Shown here: one piece after another, positions 19,243-29,854 of the stretch | Layout of the letters: every line of letters starts with the position of its first letter | Position numbering within the stretch: position 1 is the stretch's first letter | Source: an uncultured Bacilli bacterium | Lineage (GTDB): Bacteria; Bacillota_I; Bacilli_A; RF39; UBA660 | DNA: 64,000 nt | NCBI GenBank assembly: GCA_934098395.1 | Contig: CAKOOM010000001.1 | Location: 340,896 to 404,895, forward strand | Direction of reading: 5' to 3' | Position numbers and translations under genes: made by a program | Notes under the pieces: model-generated | What the model was told of the DNA's origin: nothing | Database searches by the model: none | Seen by the model: only the letters and a program-made list of their open reading frames with translations

Positions 19243-22200
19243 ATGGGACATTTGTTTATAGCTAATTCAAACGGAAGTATATCAAAGCAAAAAATAGAAA
19301 AGAAAACAAAAATTATAAAAAACGCTGATGGAACATTAGATTTAAAATACTCTGGAATGCAAAGAATAAAAAATAGTATCAAATCCACAGGTAATTTAGT
19401 TACTAAAGGTGCTATAAAGGAAGCTGAAAGTCAATTAGACTGGATGAATAAAGCTAACTCAAAAGTTATGAGCGGTGCATATAATTTACTTGGAAGAAAA
19501 GATTTATCTCAAAGACAAACAGAAAATAGTAATGACTTTATAAAAAAAGATCTTACTCAAAAGTTATGGAATAAAACAGGATTACAAAATTCTCTAGAAA
19601 ATCAAGCAATAAATGGTTCAATAATAAAGGAAAATAATATTGGTGGTCAAATAGCATATGGCTTAGGACAACAGGGTGTAAGAATTGCTGAAGGAGCATT
19701 ATTGAGTGGCGGAGCAAATATTGGAAAAATAGATGACTTAGATAATTTAAGTAAATTTAAAAAAATTGGAGTTCAATTAGCGATAGATGCTCCTAGTAAT
19801 GTTGCTATGTATGCAAGTTCTTATGGTAGTGGATATGAGCAAGCTTTACAAGAAGGTGCTACTACTAAACAAGCAGAAAAATATGCTAAAGGAAGTGCGG
19901 CTGTAGAATTTGCTACAGAAATGATGACCGGCGGAATTCCTGGAACTAATGGTAAAGGATTTTTAGATTATGGTGCTGAGAAAGTAATAGATAAAATATC
20001 TAAAAAGGCAAGTTCAAAAGTAGCCAATATAGCTCTTAAATATGGATACCATATTGTTGGTGAAGGATTCGAAGAAGCAATGTCTGAAATTCTTAATCCA
20101 TATTTAAAAAATGCAACATATAGTTCTAACGAAAAAATAGATTGGAATCAAGTATGGAATGCTGCTGTTGTAGGCGGTGTTATTGGCGGAATATTGGAAG
20201 CACCAGGAACTGTTAGTGAATTAAAGTATAACAAAATAAACAGAGATGAAAAATCACAAATTCAAGAAAATAATACAAACACTACAAATAATATAAATCA
20301 AAATATTAATGATAAATCACATAATATCAATGTTCGTGGTGAGAATTTAGAACAAATACAAAGTGAAATACAACAATTAGAAGTTTTAGAAAAAAACAAC
20401 AATATAACTAAACAACAAGAACAATATTTAAATGAATTAAAAAAACAGTTAAATGACATTCAAAATCAAAATACTGATACAGATTTTTCTTTACCAACAA
20501 GAGAAAGTTTACCTACAGTTCAAGATATAGTTCAGCAAGAAAAAACAAATCAAAGTAATATTAATTTGCCAGTATATAATCAGCAAAGTAATGTTAACAA
20601 TTCTGATAAGGCTATTTTGCCTACTGTGAACGATTTTAATAGTTCTAATGCAAATATGCCTGCTAGTGATATAAAGGTTGACATGACTAAAATAAAGCCT
20701 GAAATATTAAATGATATTAAAGGTTTTAAATTAGGAGATCCTAATATTGAAGGATACAAAGGCAGTTATATAAAAACAATGTTAAATGAAGTTGGTATAA
20801 AAGTGCCTACTGCTATGAATTATGTAAGTGAAGTAAGGCCAGATATGAGTTTTACTACAACTAAAGATTTAACTAGACAACAATATGCTTCAATTGGAAA
20901 TGCTCTTCAAAAATTAAGAAGTGTAGATGTGACTAGTGTTAATAATGCTAATTATAGTATTCCAATAGGCAATTATCAATATGTTAAAAGTTCTAATGCA
21001 AATATAAATGAATTAAGAAGAACCGCCAGCATGTATTTAAATAATACTGCTAGATCGAACAACACTATTAGGCTACTAGAAAATATAATAAAAGATAGGA
21101 ATTATATAATAAGATTCAATCCTAATATAACTAATGAACAAGGTGTACCTGTTAACGGATTAATTACAAAAGAAAATGGTAAAACTATAATTGAATTAAA
21201 TCCTAATGCTGATAATTATGTTGAGTTTTTGGTTGTTCATGAAATAACTCATGACATAGCAACAAAAGAAATGAAGGAATTAATACTTGATTATGCTAAA
21301 CAAGATCCTGAGTTTGAAAAATCATTAGAATCATTAAAGGAAAGGTATAAAACTAATGATGTATCAGATGAAGTAGTGGCAGATGTATGTGGTGAATTGT
21401 TTGGCAATAGAGAATTCATTCAATCAGTTGTTGAAAAGAAACCAAATATATTTAAGAAAATACTAAATAATATTAGAAAATTAGCAGAAAAAATTAAGGG
21501 TACTGGTGCTAATGAGTATGTAAGTTTTGTTGAGAAGTTAAAAACTATGTGGGAAGATACCTATTATAGTAATAGAAGTAATCTTAATGAAACCAAATAT
21601 ATGATGACTAGTATTAAAGGAATGAAAAATGGTATCAAAGTTAATAATAAATATCAGGACATTAAAAATAGATATGATTTTGCATTAAAATTAGAAAATA
21701 CGGGCAATTATACAAACGAAGATATCAGAAAAAAGACAGGATGGTTTAAGGATAATAAAGGAAATTGGAAATTTGAAATATCCGATACAAATACATATAT
21801 CATTAAAAATCCTATAAAAAATACAAATTATGATTTATCTGATATTTTTGAGGCTAAAACATTATATGAAATGTATCCTAATTTGAAAAAAGTTTCTGTA
21901 AACTTTGGCGAAATAAAGGGAAATGCTTCTTACAATTCGAAAACAAAAACAATCAAAGTATCAAACAAATTAATTAATAATAATGACAGTTTAAGAGGCA
22001 CATTACTTCATGAAATACAACACTATATTCAAAGCGAAGAAAATTTGCCAACCGGAACAACGATTTTATTTGGAAATGAACAATATGCAAATAATCTTGG
22101 TGAAATAGAAGCTGCCGATACCAAAAATAGGAGAAATTTAACTGTTGCAGAGAGAAAAAAATCTATTCCAGAAAGTGCTAAATTAAATCCTACTCATCCA

Positions 22201-25200
22201 AATCGTGATGCAATTTTGAATCATAAAAGGAATACTATTGAAAAAATTGCAGAAAAATTATATAATTTACTTGGTGATAAGGCAAATGAAGTTTTTGAAG
22301 AAAACGATATTGAAACCACTAAAGAAAATCTTTCGAAAAATAGTAAGAATGATTCCAGTGGATTGGGGAACAGACGAAAATATGATGTAGAAGAACTAGA
22401 TAATAGTTCTTTTCTTTTGAAAAATAATGAAGGTAATGATATTGATATCACTAATTTAAAAGAGAACGATTCGATGTTGAGAATGCACTGTAAAAGAGTT
22501 TATGATAAAAACACGGTAAAAGCATATAGAGGTGTGAGCGAAAATACAGGATCAAATGGTGCATTTTATGGATTGGGATTATATACAACGTTGGATAAAA
22601 ATTATGCAAAAAAATATGGGGAAGTATTTGAAGTAGATAATGATTTATTGCCAAATAATCCTTTAATGTTTAAGACACAAAATGATTTTCAAATTTGGGA
22701 ACAACAATTAGCACAAGAATTAAATATAAGAAAAAATAAATTATATTCGAATAATTATGGCGTGGAACAATATATAAAAAGACTTGGTTATGATGGTTTA
22801 ATGATTGGCAGTGGTAAAGATACAGATTTAATTTCTTTTAAAGATGTATCAAAAAAATATTCTCAAAGTGCTAAAGAGTGGAATGAGTATCTTAAAGAAA
22901 ACTTTCCATCAGCTGGAACTAAAACTAAAATGTCTGACATTAAATTACCTGTTAGAGACGATATAGGAAGTAGCTCTAATAAAAACAGAGTTTTAAATCC
23001 AAACGAAATATCAAAATCAACTAAAAAAAATACTAAAAATGAATCCGAAAAATTGGCAGAAATATTAAGAGAAAAACCTACTACTATTGAAGAAAAAGAT
23101 AATTGGTTAAGAAAACTTGCTACTATTAAGTTTATTGATAAAGGATACTATGTTGATAAACTGGCAAGAAAAGTTAAAAATAAAGAGTTAAGTTCTAAGT
23201 ACGATTATTCACTTTTATCTAATGGAATTGCTAATCAAATAATAGGAAATGGTAGATTCAATGATAAAGGCAATAAAATAGGTAAAGGATTATATGAGAT
23301 ATTTGAGCCTATCGAGAATAGTGGCTTGTTAGATGATTTTAGTAAATATATGTATCATAAACACAATATTGATAGAATGAGTTTACAAAATAGATTTAAT
23401 GAAGCAAATAAAGCTGTATTTGGGGATAGTATGACTTCTGATATGTCAGAAAAAGTAGTTAATGAATATGAAACTAAATATCCTGAATTTGAATCTTGGG
23501 CTGATGATATTTACGAATATAATAATGCTAATTTAGAAATGCTTGTTAAATATGGAGTATTATCAAAAGATAGTATGGAATATTACAATAAAAAATATCC
23601 ACATTATGTACCTACCATTAGAGAACAAACTAAAACAAAAACTCAAATGGATTTCTTATTAGGTAAAAAAGCAAGTGTTAACAATCCTGTAAAAAAAGCT
23701 AAAGGTGGAAATGGTAACATAATTCCATTAAAAGATGCAATGGCACTTAGAACTATGCAAACTGTTAACTCTGCTTTAAGAAATAATTTTGGACTTGAGT
23801 TGTTAAATAGTATTGAAACCGAACAAATAAGAAATCAGGAAAATATTGATAATATTGTTGAAGAAATTAATAGTGATGATTTATTAATTAAAAGTAGTGA
23901 GACTAGTCCTGCGACTTTAACTGTTTTTGATAAAGGTGAAAAAGTAACTTTTGAAATATCAGATGAAATATATGAGGCATTGAAACCTAGTAACATTAAA
24001 ACATTTAAGTTTTTAAATAAATTAAATAATATTAGAAGGGGATTGCTTACTGAATATAATCCGACATTTATGATAACTAATCCTTTAAAAGATATTCAAG
24101 ATGGTAGTATTAACAGTAAACATCCTAAATTATTTATTAAAAATTTACCAGAAGCAATTATGCAAATAAAAAATAATGGACAATATAAACAACTATATAT
24201 TGCAAATGGTGGTTCATATGAAACATATTTCAATTATAATACTGGAACTAACATAGTACCTAGCAAATTAGACAAAATAACTCCATTAAAGAAGATTAGT
24301 GAAATAAATGAGGTTATAGAAATGGCACCTAGGCTTGCTGAGTTTATTTCTTCCATTGAGGCAGGAGATAGTATAGAAACTGCTATGTATAATGCTTCCG
24401 AAATAACTACTAACTTTAAAAGAGGAGGAGATATAACTAAAACTCTTGATAGAAATGGTGTTACATTCTTAAATGCAGGAGTACAAGGTGCTGTAAAACA
24501 GGTAAGAAATGTTCAAGAGGCAAGAGTTGAAAGTATTAAAGGAATTACTAAATTGGCAGTTAGATGGACTATTGCTGGACTTACCCCAGCACTTCTTATG
24601 GGAATGCTTTGGGGTGATGATGACGAATATGAGGAATTATCTGATTATATTAAAAATAATTATTATATAATTGGTAAATATGGCAATGGAGAATTTATTA
24701 AGATTCCAAAAGGTAGAGTAGTTAGTGTTCTGCAAAAATTCTTTCAAAATTTAATAGATGGAGCAAATGGAAAAAAAATAGATTTGGAAGGTCTTGCAGA
24801 TTTGATTGAAAATAATTTACTACCATCCGATCCAAATGAAAGTAGTTTAATTGCTCCTATAAAACAAGCAATTAATAACGAAACTTGGTATGGTGGTGAT
24901 TTAGTTCCTACGAGACTTCAAAACTTGCCTAATGCAGAACAATATGATGAAACAACTGATAGTATTAGTATTTGGTTGGGGAAAAAGTTAAATATAAGTC
25001 CATATAAAATAAATTATGTACTAGATCAATATGCTGGGGCTATAGGAGATTATACATTACCTTATTTAACTCAAGCAGCCGAAAGTGGCAGTGACAGTTT
25101 TACAGGAAAATTATTAGCACCAGTTAAAGATAAATTTACTGTAGATAGCAATCTTAAAAATCAAAACATTTCTGATTTTTATAGTTTAAGCGAAGAATTG

Positions 25201-25818
25201 ACTAAAAAATCTAATAGTTCTACTGCTACAGATGAGGATATACTAAAAAATAAGTATATTAATTCTGTTAAAAGTGAAATTAGTAAATTATATGCTAAAA
25301 AGAGAGAAATACAAAGTTCTTCCTTAAAAGATAGCGAAAAGTATAATCAAAGTAAGGAAATTCAAAAACAAATCAACGAATTATCAAAGAATGCCATAAA
25401 TGGTTATGATAAGGTTGAGTTATATGATAATTATGCTATTATCAGTGATAAAGAATATTATAAAAATAGTAATAATGAGTGGACTAAAGTAGATAAAACA
25501 AGTACAAAATATAAAACTGCAAAATTAATTACCAAATATAATGTTTACTTATCATGTGATAATGAAATAAAAAAGTTAAAAAAACAAAATAATAATTCTA
25601 ATAGTAGAAAGATAGCAATTATTAAATATATTAATTCCTTGGATTTAAGTGTTCCTCAAAAAGCTATGCTTATTAAAATGAATTACTCTTCTTATAATAG
25701 TTATAACAATCAAATAATTAATTATGTGAATAATCAAAATATTTCTTTAGATGAAAAAAAGGAAATACTTGAAGAACTGGGATTCAAGGTAAGAAATGGT
25801 AAGGTGTATTCGAAATGA
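19243..25818 (+). CDS. giant multidomain virion protein, 2191 aa (polyvalent or injected-protein-like, or atypical tape measure)
   Basis: HEITH at 21238-21252 (aa 666-670). HEIQH at 22009-22023 (aa 923-927); HEIQHYIQ resembles the DUF4157-type zincin signature. Gly-rich hydrophobic segment near aa 300. YRGVS...GLYTT segment near aa 1095-1180. Hydrophobic TIAGLTPALLMGMLWG segment near aa 1760. Confidence 0.6.
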   Translation: MGHLFIANSNGSISKQKIEKKTKIIKNADGTLDLKYSGMQRIKNSIKSTGNLVTKGAIKEAESQLDWMNKANSKVMSGAYNLLGRKDLSQRQTENSNDFIKKDLTQKLWNKTGLQNSLENQAINGSIIKENNIGGQIAYGLGQQGVRIAEGALLSGGANIGKIDDLDNLSKFKKIGVQLAIDAPSNVAMYASSYGSGYEQALQEGATTKQAEKYAKGSAAVEFATEMMTGGIPGTNGKGFLDYGAEKVIDKISKKASSKVANIALKYGYHIVGEGFEEAMSEILNPYLKNATYSSNEKIDWNQVWNAAVVGGVIGGILEAPGTVSELKYNKINRDEKSQIQENNTNTTNNINQNINDKSHNINVRGENLEQIQSEIQQLEVLEKNNNITKQQEQYLNELKKQLNDIQNQNTDTDFSLPTRESLPTVQDIVQQEKTNQSNINLPVYNQQSNVNNSDKAILPTVNDFNSSNANMPASDIKVDMTKIKPEILNDIKGFKLGDPNIEGYKGSYIKTMLNEVGIKVPTAMNYVSEVRPDMSFTTTKDLTRQQYASIGNALQKLRSVDVTSVNNANYSIPIGNYQYVKSSNANINELRRTASMYLNNTARSNNTIRLLENIIKDRNYIIRFNPNITNEQGVPVNGLITKENGKTIIELNPNADNYVEFLVVHEITHDIATKEMKELILDYAKQDPEFEKSLESLKERYKTNDVSDEVVADVCGELFGNREFIQSVVEKKPNIFKKILNNIRKLAEKIKGTGANEYVSFVEKLKTMWEDTYYSNRSNLNETKYMMTSIKGMKNGIKVNNKYQDIKNRYDFALKLENTGNYTNEDIRKKTGWFKDNKGNWKFEISDTNTYIIKNPIKNTNYDLSDIFEAKTLYEMYPNLKKVSVNFGEIKGNASYNSKTKTIKVSNKLINNNDSLRGTLLHEIQHYIQSEENLPTGTTILFGNEQYANNLGEIEAADTKNRRNLTVAERKKSIPESAKLNPTHPNRDAILNHKRNTIEKIAEKLYNLLGDKANEVFEENDIETTKENLSKNSKNDSSGLGNRRKYDVEELDNSSFLLKNNEGNDIDITNLKENDSMLRMHCKRVYDKNTVKAYRGVSENTGSNGAFYGLGLYTTLDKNYAKKYGEVFEVDNDLLPNNPLMFKTQNDFQIWEQQLAQELNIRKNKLYSNNYGVEQYIKRLGYDGLMIGSGKDTDLISFKDVSKKYSQSAKEWNEYLKENFPSAGTKTKMSDIKLPVRDDIGSSSNKNRVLNPNEISKSTKKNTKNESEKLAEILREKPTTIEEKDNWLRKLATIKFIDKGYYVDKLARKVKNKELSSKYDYSLLSNGIANQIIGNGRFNDKGNKIGKGLYEIFEPIENSGLLDDFSKYMYHKHNIDRMSLQNRFNEANKAVFGDSMTSDMSEKVVNEYETKYPEFESWADDIYEYNNANLEMLVKYGVLSKDSMEYYNKKYPHYVPTIREQTKTKTQMDFLLGKKASVNNPVKKAKGGNGNIIPLKDAMALRTMQTVNSALRNNFGLELLNSIETEQIRNQENIDNIVEEINSDDLLIKSSETSPATLTVFDKGEKVTFEISDEIYEALKPSNIKTFKFLNKLNNIRRGLLTEYNPTFMITNPLKDIQDGSINSKHPKLFIKNLPEAIMQIKNNGQYKQLYIANGGSYETYFNYNTGTNIVPSKLDKITPLKKISEINEVIEMAPRLAEFISSIEAGDSIETAMYNASEITTNFKRGGDITKTLDRNGVTFLNAGVQGAVKQVRNVQEARVESIKGITKLAVRWTIAGLTPALLMGMLWGDDDEYEELSDYIKNNYYIIGKYGNGEFIKIPKGRVVSVLQKFFQNLIDGANGKKIDLEGLADLIENNLLPSDPNESSLIAPIKQAINNETWYGGDLVPTRLQNLPNAEQYDETTDSISIWLGKKLNISPYKINYVLDQYAGAIGDYTLPYLTQAAESGSDSFTGKLLAPVKDKFTVDSNLKNQNISDFYSLSEELTKKSNSSTATDEDILKNKYINSVKSEISKLYAKKREIQSSSLKDSEKYNQSKEIQKQINELSKNAINGYDKVELYDNYAIISDKEYYKNSNNEWTKVDKTSTKYKTAKLITKYNVYLSCDNEIKKLKKQNNNSNSRKIAIIKYINSLDLSVPQKAMLIKMNYSSYNSYNNQIINYVNNQNISLDEKKEILEELGFKVRNGKVYSK

Positions 25819-27458
25819 TAAACAAAAGAGATATAAATAAGTTACGAACACCAGAAGATTTAGAAAGAAGATATAATCTTAAAGATATTTTCAAGTTAAA
25901 AGAAAACTATGAATTACAAAAAAATGGACTCAATAAAGTTGAAAATGAATTAAATAATTTTGTTATTGCAACTGGAAAAAACTTAAAAGAACTTCAAGAC
26001 CAGGTAGATGGAAACATTACTACCTGGTTTTATTCTGGAGTTCCTACAGATAATAATGAACCCGCTAAAAATTGGACTACTGATAATGAAAAAAACAATC
26101 ATTTAGGTGATCTTTATTATGATAAAGAAACTGGTTATGCTTATAGATATTCACTTGATAATGAAATTTATGATTGGATAAAAATTACTGATACTGATGT
26201 AACACAAGCTTTAGCAATAGCAAATACAGCTAAGGACACTGCTGATAGTAAAAGAAGAGTGTTTATTGTTCAACCATCACCACCATATGATTGTGGGGAT
26301 TTATGGCTTAAGGATGAAGAATTATATAGATGTCAAACTACTAAAACAAAAGATGAAATATTTGAAGAAAATGATTGGATAATAGCTACTAAGTATACTG
26401 ATGATACAAAAGCAAATCAAGTTGGGGAAAATCTAACAATATTAAGCGGTACTGTTACCGAAATAAGAAAAGATGTAGACAAATTAGATACTACTATGAC
26501 TAATACTACTAAACTAGTTGATGAACAAGGCAAAACTATTGGGACACTTGAAACAAAACAAAGTCAAACTGAGCAAACAGTGGAGGAAATATCAAATTCT
26601 GTTTCATCTGTTGGTACAAGGGTTACAACAATAGAAAATTCAGTACCAAAATATCAAACTGAACTAGATATATACAACATAACAATACCTGTTGATAGTG
26701 AACTGAAACCTCTAGAAAACAAAGACTATTTAGTTAGTTATAGCACTAAATTTGAAGGTGCAGAAGTAGAATCAACAGTTAGTTCTCAAAGTGAGAATAC
26801 TGGTATTACATTTGGATTACCAAATAATAAAATAACCTTATCAGTTCTAACAAGTGGTGCTATTACAAGTTTAAGTAATGAATTTGTAATAGATTTCGAA
26901 TATGAAAAAGATAATACTACTTATAATGATTCCAAAAAATTAGTAGTGGATTTATTAATAGTTGTGGATGATGAATTAAATGATTTGCAAAATCAAATCA
27001 ATGACACTAATAAAGATTTGAATAATAACTATACCAACAACACAGAACTAGACCAAAAACTAGAAAATCAAAAGCAAACTATAACAGAAGAATTTAGCAC
27101 AAGGATCACTCAAACTAAATCGGAATGGCAAGCAAGTGTAATTGAATACATAAATACTAATGGTGTAGAAAAATTTGTTAATACTTTGGTAACAATTGAT
27201 ATTGATGGTTTAAAACTATCTAAAAGCGATGAGGACATAGTTTCTTTGTTAAATAACAAAGGTCTGTATGTTAGTGATGGTAAATTGAGGGAAGATTTAG
27301 CTAATTTGCTTATGAAAGTAGATAGAACTGGTGCTTATTTAAAGTTACTTGAAATATTAGGAACTATAAAAGAACAAGGGATTATTCAAAAGGAAAAAAT
27401 AACTGATGATGAATTTGGAGAGTGTCAAGCATGGTATTGGATAGGGAGTGATAATTAA
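25815..27458 (+). CDS. tail fibre / coiled-coil fibre protein
   Basis: TTWFYSGVPT..N.PA..W N-terminal motif common in Firmicute phage fibre proteins; long central coiled coil. Confidence 0.5.
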   Translation: MINKRDINKLRTPEDLERRYNLKDIFKLKENYELQKNGLNKVENELNNFVIATGKNLKELQDQVDGNITTWFYSGVPTDNNEPAKNWTTDNEKNNHLGDLYYDKETGYAYRYSLDNEIYDWIKITDTDVTQALAIANTAKDTADSKRRVFIVQPSPPYDCGDLWLKDEELYRCQTTKTKDEIFEENDWIIATKYTDDTKANQVGENLTILSGTVTEIRKDVDKLDTTMTNTTKLVDEQGKTIGTLETKQSQTEQTVEEISNSVSSVGTRVTTIENSVPKYQTELDIYNITIPVDSELKPLENKDYLVSYSTKFEGAEVESTVSSQSENTGITFGLPNNKITLSVLTSGAITSLSNEFVIDFEYEKDNTTYNDSKKLVVDLLIVVDDELNDLQNQINDTNKDLNNNYTNNTELDQKLENQKQTITEEFSTRITQTKSEWQASVIEYINTNGVEKFVNTLVTIDIDGLKLSKSDEDIVSLLNNKGLYVSDGKLREDLANLLMKVDRTGAYLKLLEILGTIKEQGIIQKEKITDDEFGECQAWYWIGSDN

Positions 27459-29323
27459 TGGCAACATTTAATGGTAATATTGGTACTCCAAGCGGTGGTT
27501 TTAACTTAAAGGTTGATTATAATTTATCTGCAGTTAACGATAACATATCAACAAATGCAACTAAAATAATTTCAATCGTAGGTCAAGTAAAAAGAAATAA
27601 CAGTAGCTACTATCCTTTTAACGATACTAAAAGTGCTAGTATAAAAATAGAAAGACAAAAAGAAAATGGACAATGGGAAACAGTAAAAACATTGTCCGTA
27701 ACATCTGGAAGCTATTCACTTAATAATAATAACTATCAAACATGGGTAAGTGGAACAAATATATCGATATCACATAAGAATAATGGTACTCAAAAAATAA
27801 GAATTACATTTAGCGTAGATGGTAAACTAAGTAATTATTATCCAGTTGGTAGTATTAGTAAAGAAATAGAACTCCCTACAATTCCTAGAGCCAGTGATAT
27901 AGCAATAGCTAATACTGATTTGGGACAGAATATACCGATTACAATAGGTAAAAAGGTGGATTCATTTACAAGTACATTAACTTATACCATTGGAACACTG
28001 ACAGGGACAATAGTAGAAAAAACTAATTTGTCTAACTATCCATGGGTAATGGGTGAAGAACTTATTAGTCAGATAAAAAATGCTTATCCTAATACAGGAT
28101 CATATGCTAAAGGTGGAATTGAAACAAAGGTTACTTGTAAAACATATAACGGAACAACTTTGATAGGTTCCAAAGAGGCAACATTTAAATTGTATATAAC
28201 TGATAAACCTGTTATTAGTAGTGCTACAAGAACTGAATTAAACACTAAAATAAAAGCATTAACTACAAGTGTATTAAGGCACGCATCACAGAATAAATTT
28301 ACAATTACTGCAACTGCTCCAACTGGTGCTACAATTACTGGTTATAGGGTAAAAAATGGCACGCAAGATAGTGGACTATCAACAAGTAATGTAGTTAATC
28401 TAAACGATATTCAAACTTATTATACAGAAAGTAATGTATTAAAGACTAAGTTCATAGTTACTTGTGTAGATTCGAGAGGAAATGAATCAGAAGAATTTCT
28501 CGTGGTGTGCAATTTTATTAATTACATACAAGTATCAATCAATAAGACTGATGTAACTATAAAACGAAGCTCAGGAACTTCTACAGATTGCAAAATTTAT
28601 GCGACTGGTAATTTTTTCAATGGTAAGATTGGAACGACCAGTAATACAATTGCGTTTAAGGTAAGATCTAAACTAAAAACTGCTACTACATGGGGAAGTT
28701 GGACAACAGTATCAACAACATATACTGGCAATACATTTAAAGTTAATAATGTCACTATAGCAGGTACATTCAGTTATACTGAAAATTATGATTTCGAACT
28801 TATGGCAACTGACAAAATAGGTGAATACGATGATTATACTAAGGTATTTGTAAATAGTGTGCCGACAGAGAAACATCATAGTAAGGGTGCTTGGATAAGG
28901 GAACTATCTACTGATAAATTAGATGCTAAAGCAATAACTGATAATTTCTTGGGATTAATTATTGAAAAAGGCAACAATGAAAAAGGAAGTTGGATAAAAT
29001 TCGCTGATGGAACAATGATTTGTCGATTTACTCAAATAAAAAATATTGCTGTAGAAACAGCTTGGGGTTCTCTGTATGGTGGAAAAGGCACTTTACATGA
29101 TTATCCTCAAGAATTTGTTGGTATACCTGACACATGTATCACTTTATTATCAAATGAACAAACAGATGGTGGCAATTGGGCAGGCTGGCTTAATGCAAAT
29201 GGTGGTTCAGACGATATAAGACCTACAAACAAGAATTTCGGAACAGTCGGTATAGCACGACCTACCAAGGCATCGTATGCGTATTATAAGTTTAGTGTTA
29301 TAGCAATAGGTAGATGGAAGTGA
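27458..29323 (+). CDS. receptor-binding or distal tail protein (Thr/Ser/Gly-rich, beta-rich)
   Basis: Composition and position upstream of the lysis cassette; TGA stop. Confidence 0.5.
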   Translation: MATFNGNIGTPSGGFNLKVDYNLSAVNDNISTNATKIISIVGQVKRNNSSYYPFNDTKSASIKIERQKENGQWETVKTLSVTSGSYSLNNNNYQTWVSGTNISISHKNNGTQKIRITFSVDGKLSNYYPVGSISKEIELPTIPRASDIAIANTDLGQNIPITIGKKVDSFTSTLTYTIGTLTGTIVEKTNLSNYPWVMGEELISQIKNAYPNTGSYAKGGIETKVTCKTYNGTTLIGSKEATFKLYITDKPVISSATRTELNTKIKALTTSVLRHASQNKFTITATAPTGATITGYRVKNGTQDSGLSTSNVVNLNDIQTYYTESNVLKTKFIVTCVDSRGNESEEFLVVCNFINYIQVSINKTDVTIKRSSGTSTDCKIYATGNFFNGKIGTTSNTIAFKVRSKLKTATTWGSWTTVSTTYTGNTFKVNNVTIAGTFSYTENYDFELMATDKIGEYDDYTKVFVNSVPTEKHHSKGAWIRELSTDKLDAKAITDNFLGLIIEKGNNEKGSWIKFADGTMICRFTQIKNIAVETAWGSLYGGKGTLHDYPQEFVGIPDTCITLLSNEQTDGGNWAGWLNANGGSDDIRPTNKNFGTVGIARPTKASYAYYKFSVIAIGRWK

Positions 29324-29324
29324 G

Positions 29325-29660
29325 GTGATAAAATTGGAAAGTATAACGGTTAGTGAAATTTATGATACTTTAAAATTTATTACTGAATTTGTAGGTATAA
29401 TAGTTACAATACTAATAGGTAGTAAAAGAATAATAAACAAGCAACTAGAACCAGTAACAAAGAAAATTGATAAAATAGATGAAAATCAGTGTCGAAATTT
29501 TCTTGTGAATTTTCTTGCTGATGTAGAAAAAGGAATCGAAAAGGATGATGTACAAATTAAAAGGGCATACGAGGTTTATGAACATTATACAAAAGATTTA
29601 CATAAAAATTCATATATCCATGACAAATGGGAAAAATCAAAGAAAGAAGGTAAAATATAA
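29325..29660 (+). CDS. lysis-cassette membrane protein (holin-associated; non-ATG start, GTG 29325 or TTG 29334)
   Basis: N-terminal transmembrane segment ITEFVGIIVTILIGS; GAGGTGA RBS. Confidence 0.4.
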   Translation: MIKLESITVSEIYDTLKFITEFVGIIVTILIGSKRIINKQLEPVTKKIDKIDENQCRNFLVNFLADVEKGIEKDDVQIKRAYEVYEHYTKDLHKNSYIHDKWEKSKKEGKI

Positions 29661-29854
29661 TGAAAATCAAAGAAAGAATAGCAAAATTAATTGATTTAAA
29701 GAGTATTCTATCACTAATTGTTGTATTATCTTATACAATTATGTGTTTCAAAGGAATAGTAGAGGCAGATTATAAAGATTTGGTAATAATGATAATGACA
29801 TTTTATTTCGCAAGTAAAGTAGAAAAGAAAGGAAATGATAGTAATGAAATGTAG
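29660..29854 (+). CDS. holin (64 aa, two transmembrane segments)
   Basis: Two hydrophobic segments; directly precedes the endolysin. Confidence 0.55.
   Translation: MKIKERIAKLIDLKSILSLIVVLSYTIMCFKGIVEADYKDLVIMIMTFYFASKVEKKGNDSNEM

Noticed and set aside
2-19388. Minus-strand ORFs in the prophage body (2-217, 379-738, 578-775, 2224-2409, 2828-3082, 3611-3886, 4507-4857, 6367-6615, 6688-6933, 9960-10244, 12829-13023, 14732-14962, 15643-15900, 17812-18075, 19128-19388, 22221-22654)
   Set aside because: All lie antisense inside longer, well-supported plus-strand phage genes. They are low-complexity shadow ORFs typical of AT-rich DNA and have no RBS.
19243-25818. Calling the 2191-aa protein simply the tail tape measure
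   Set aside because: Two HExxH zincin signatures and a putative transferase-like segment are not ordinary TMP features. No tube or chaperone genes accompany it. Left open as an alternative inside the finding rather than adopted.
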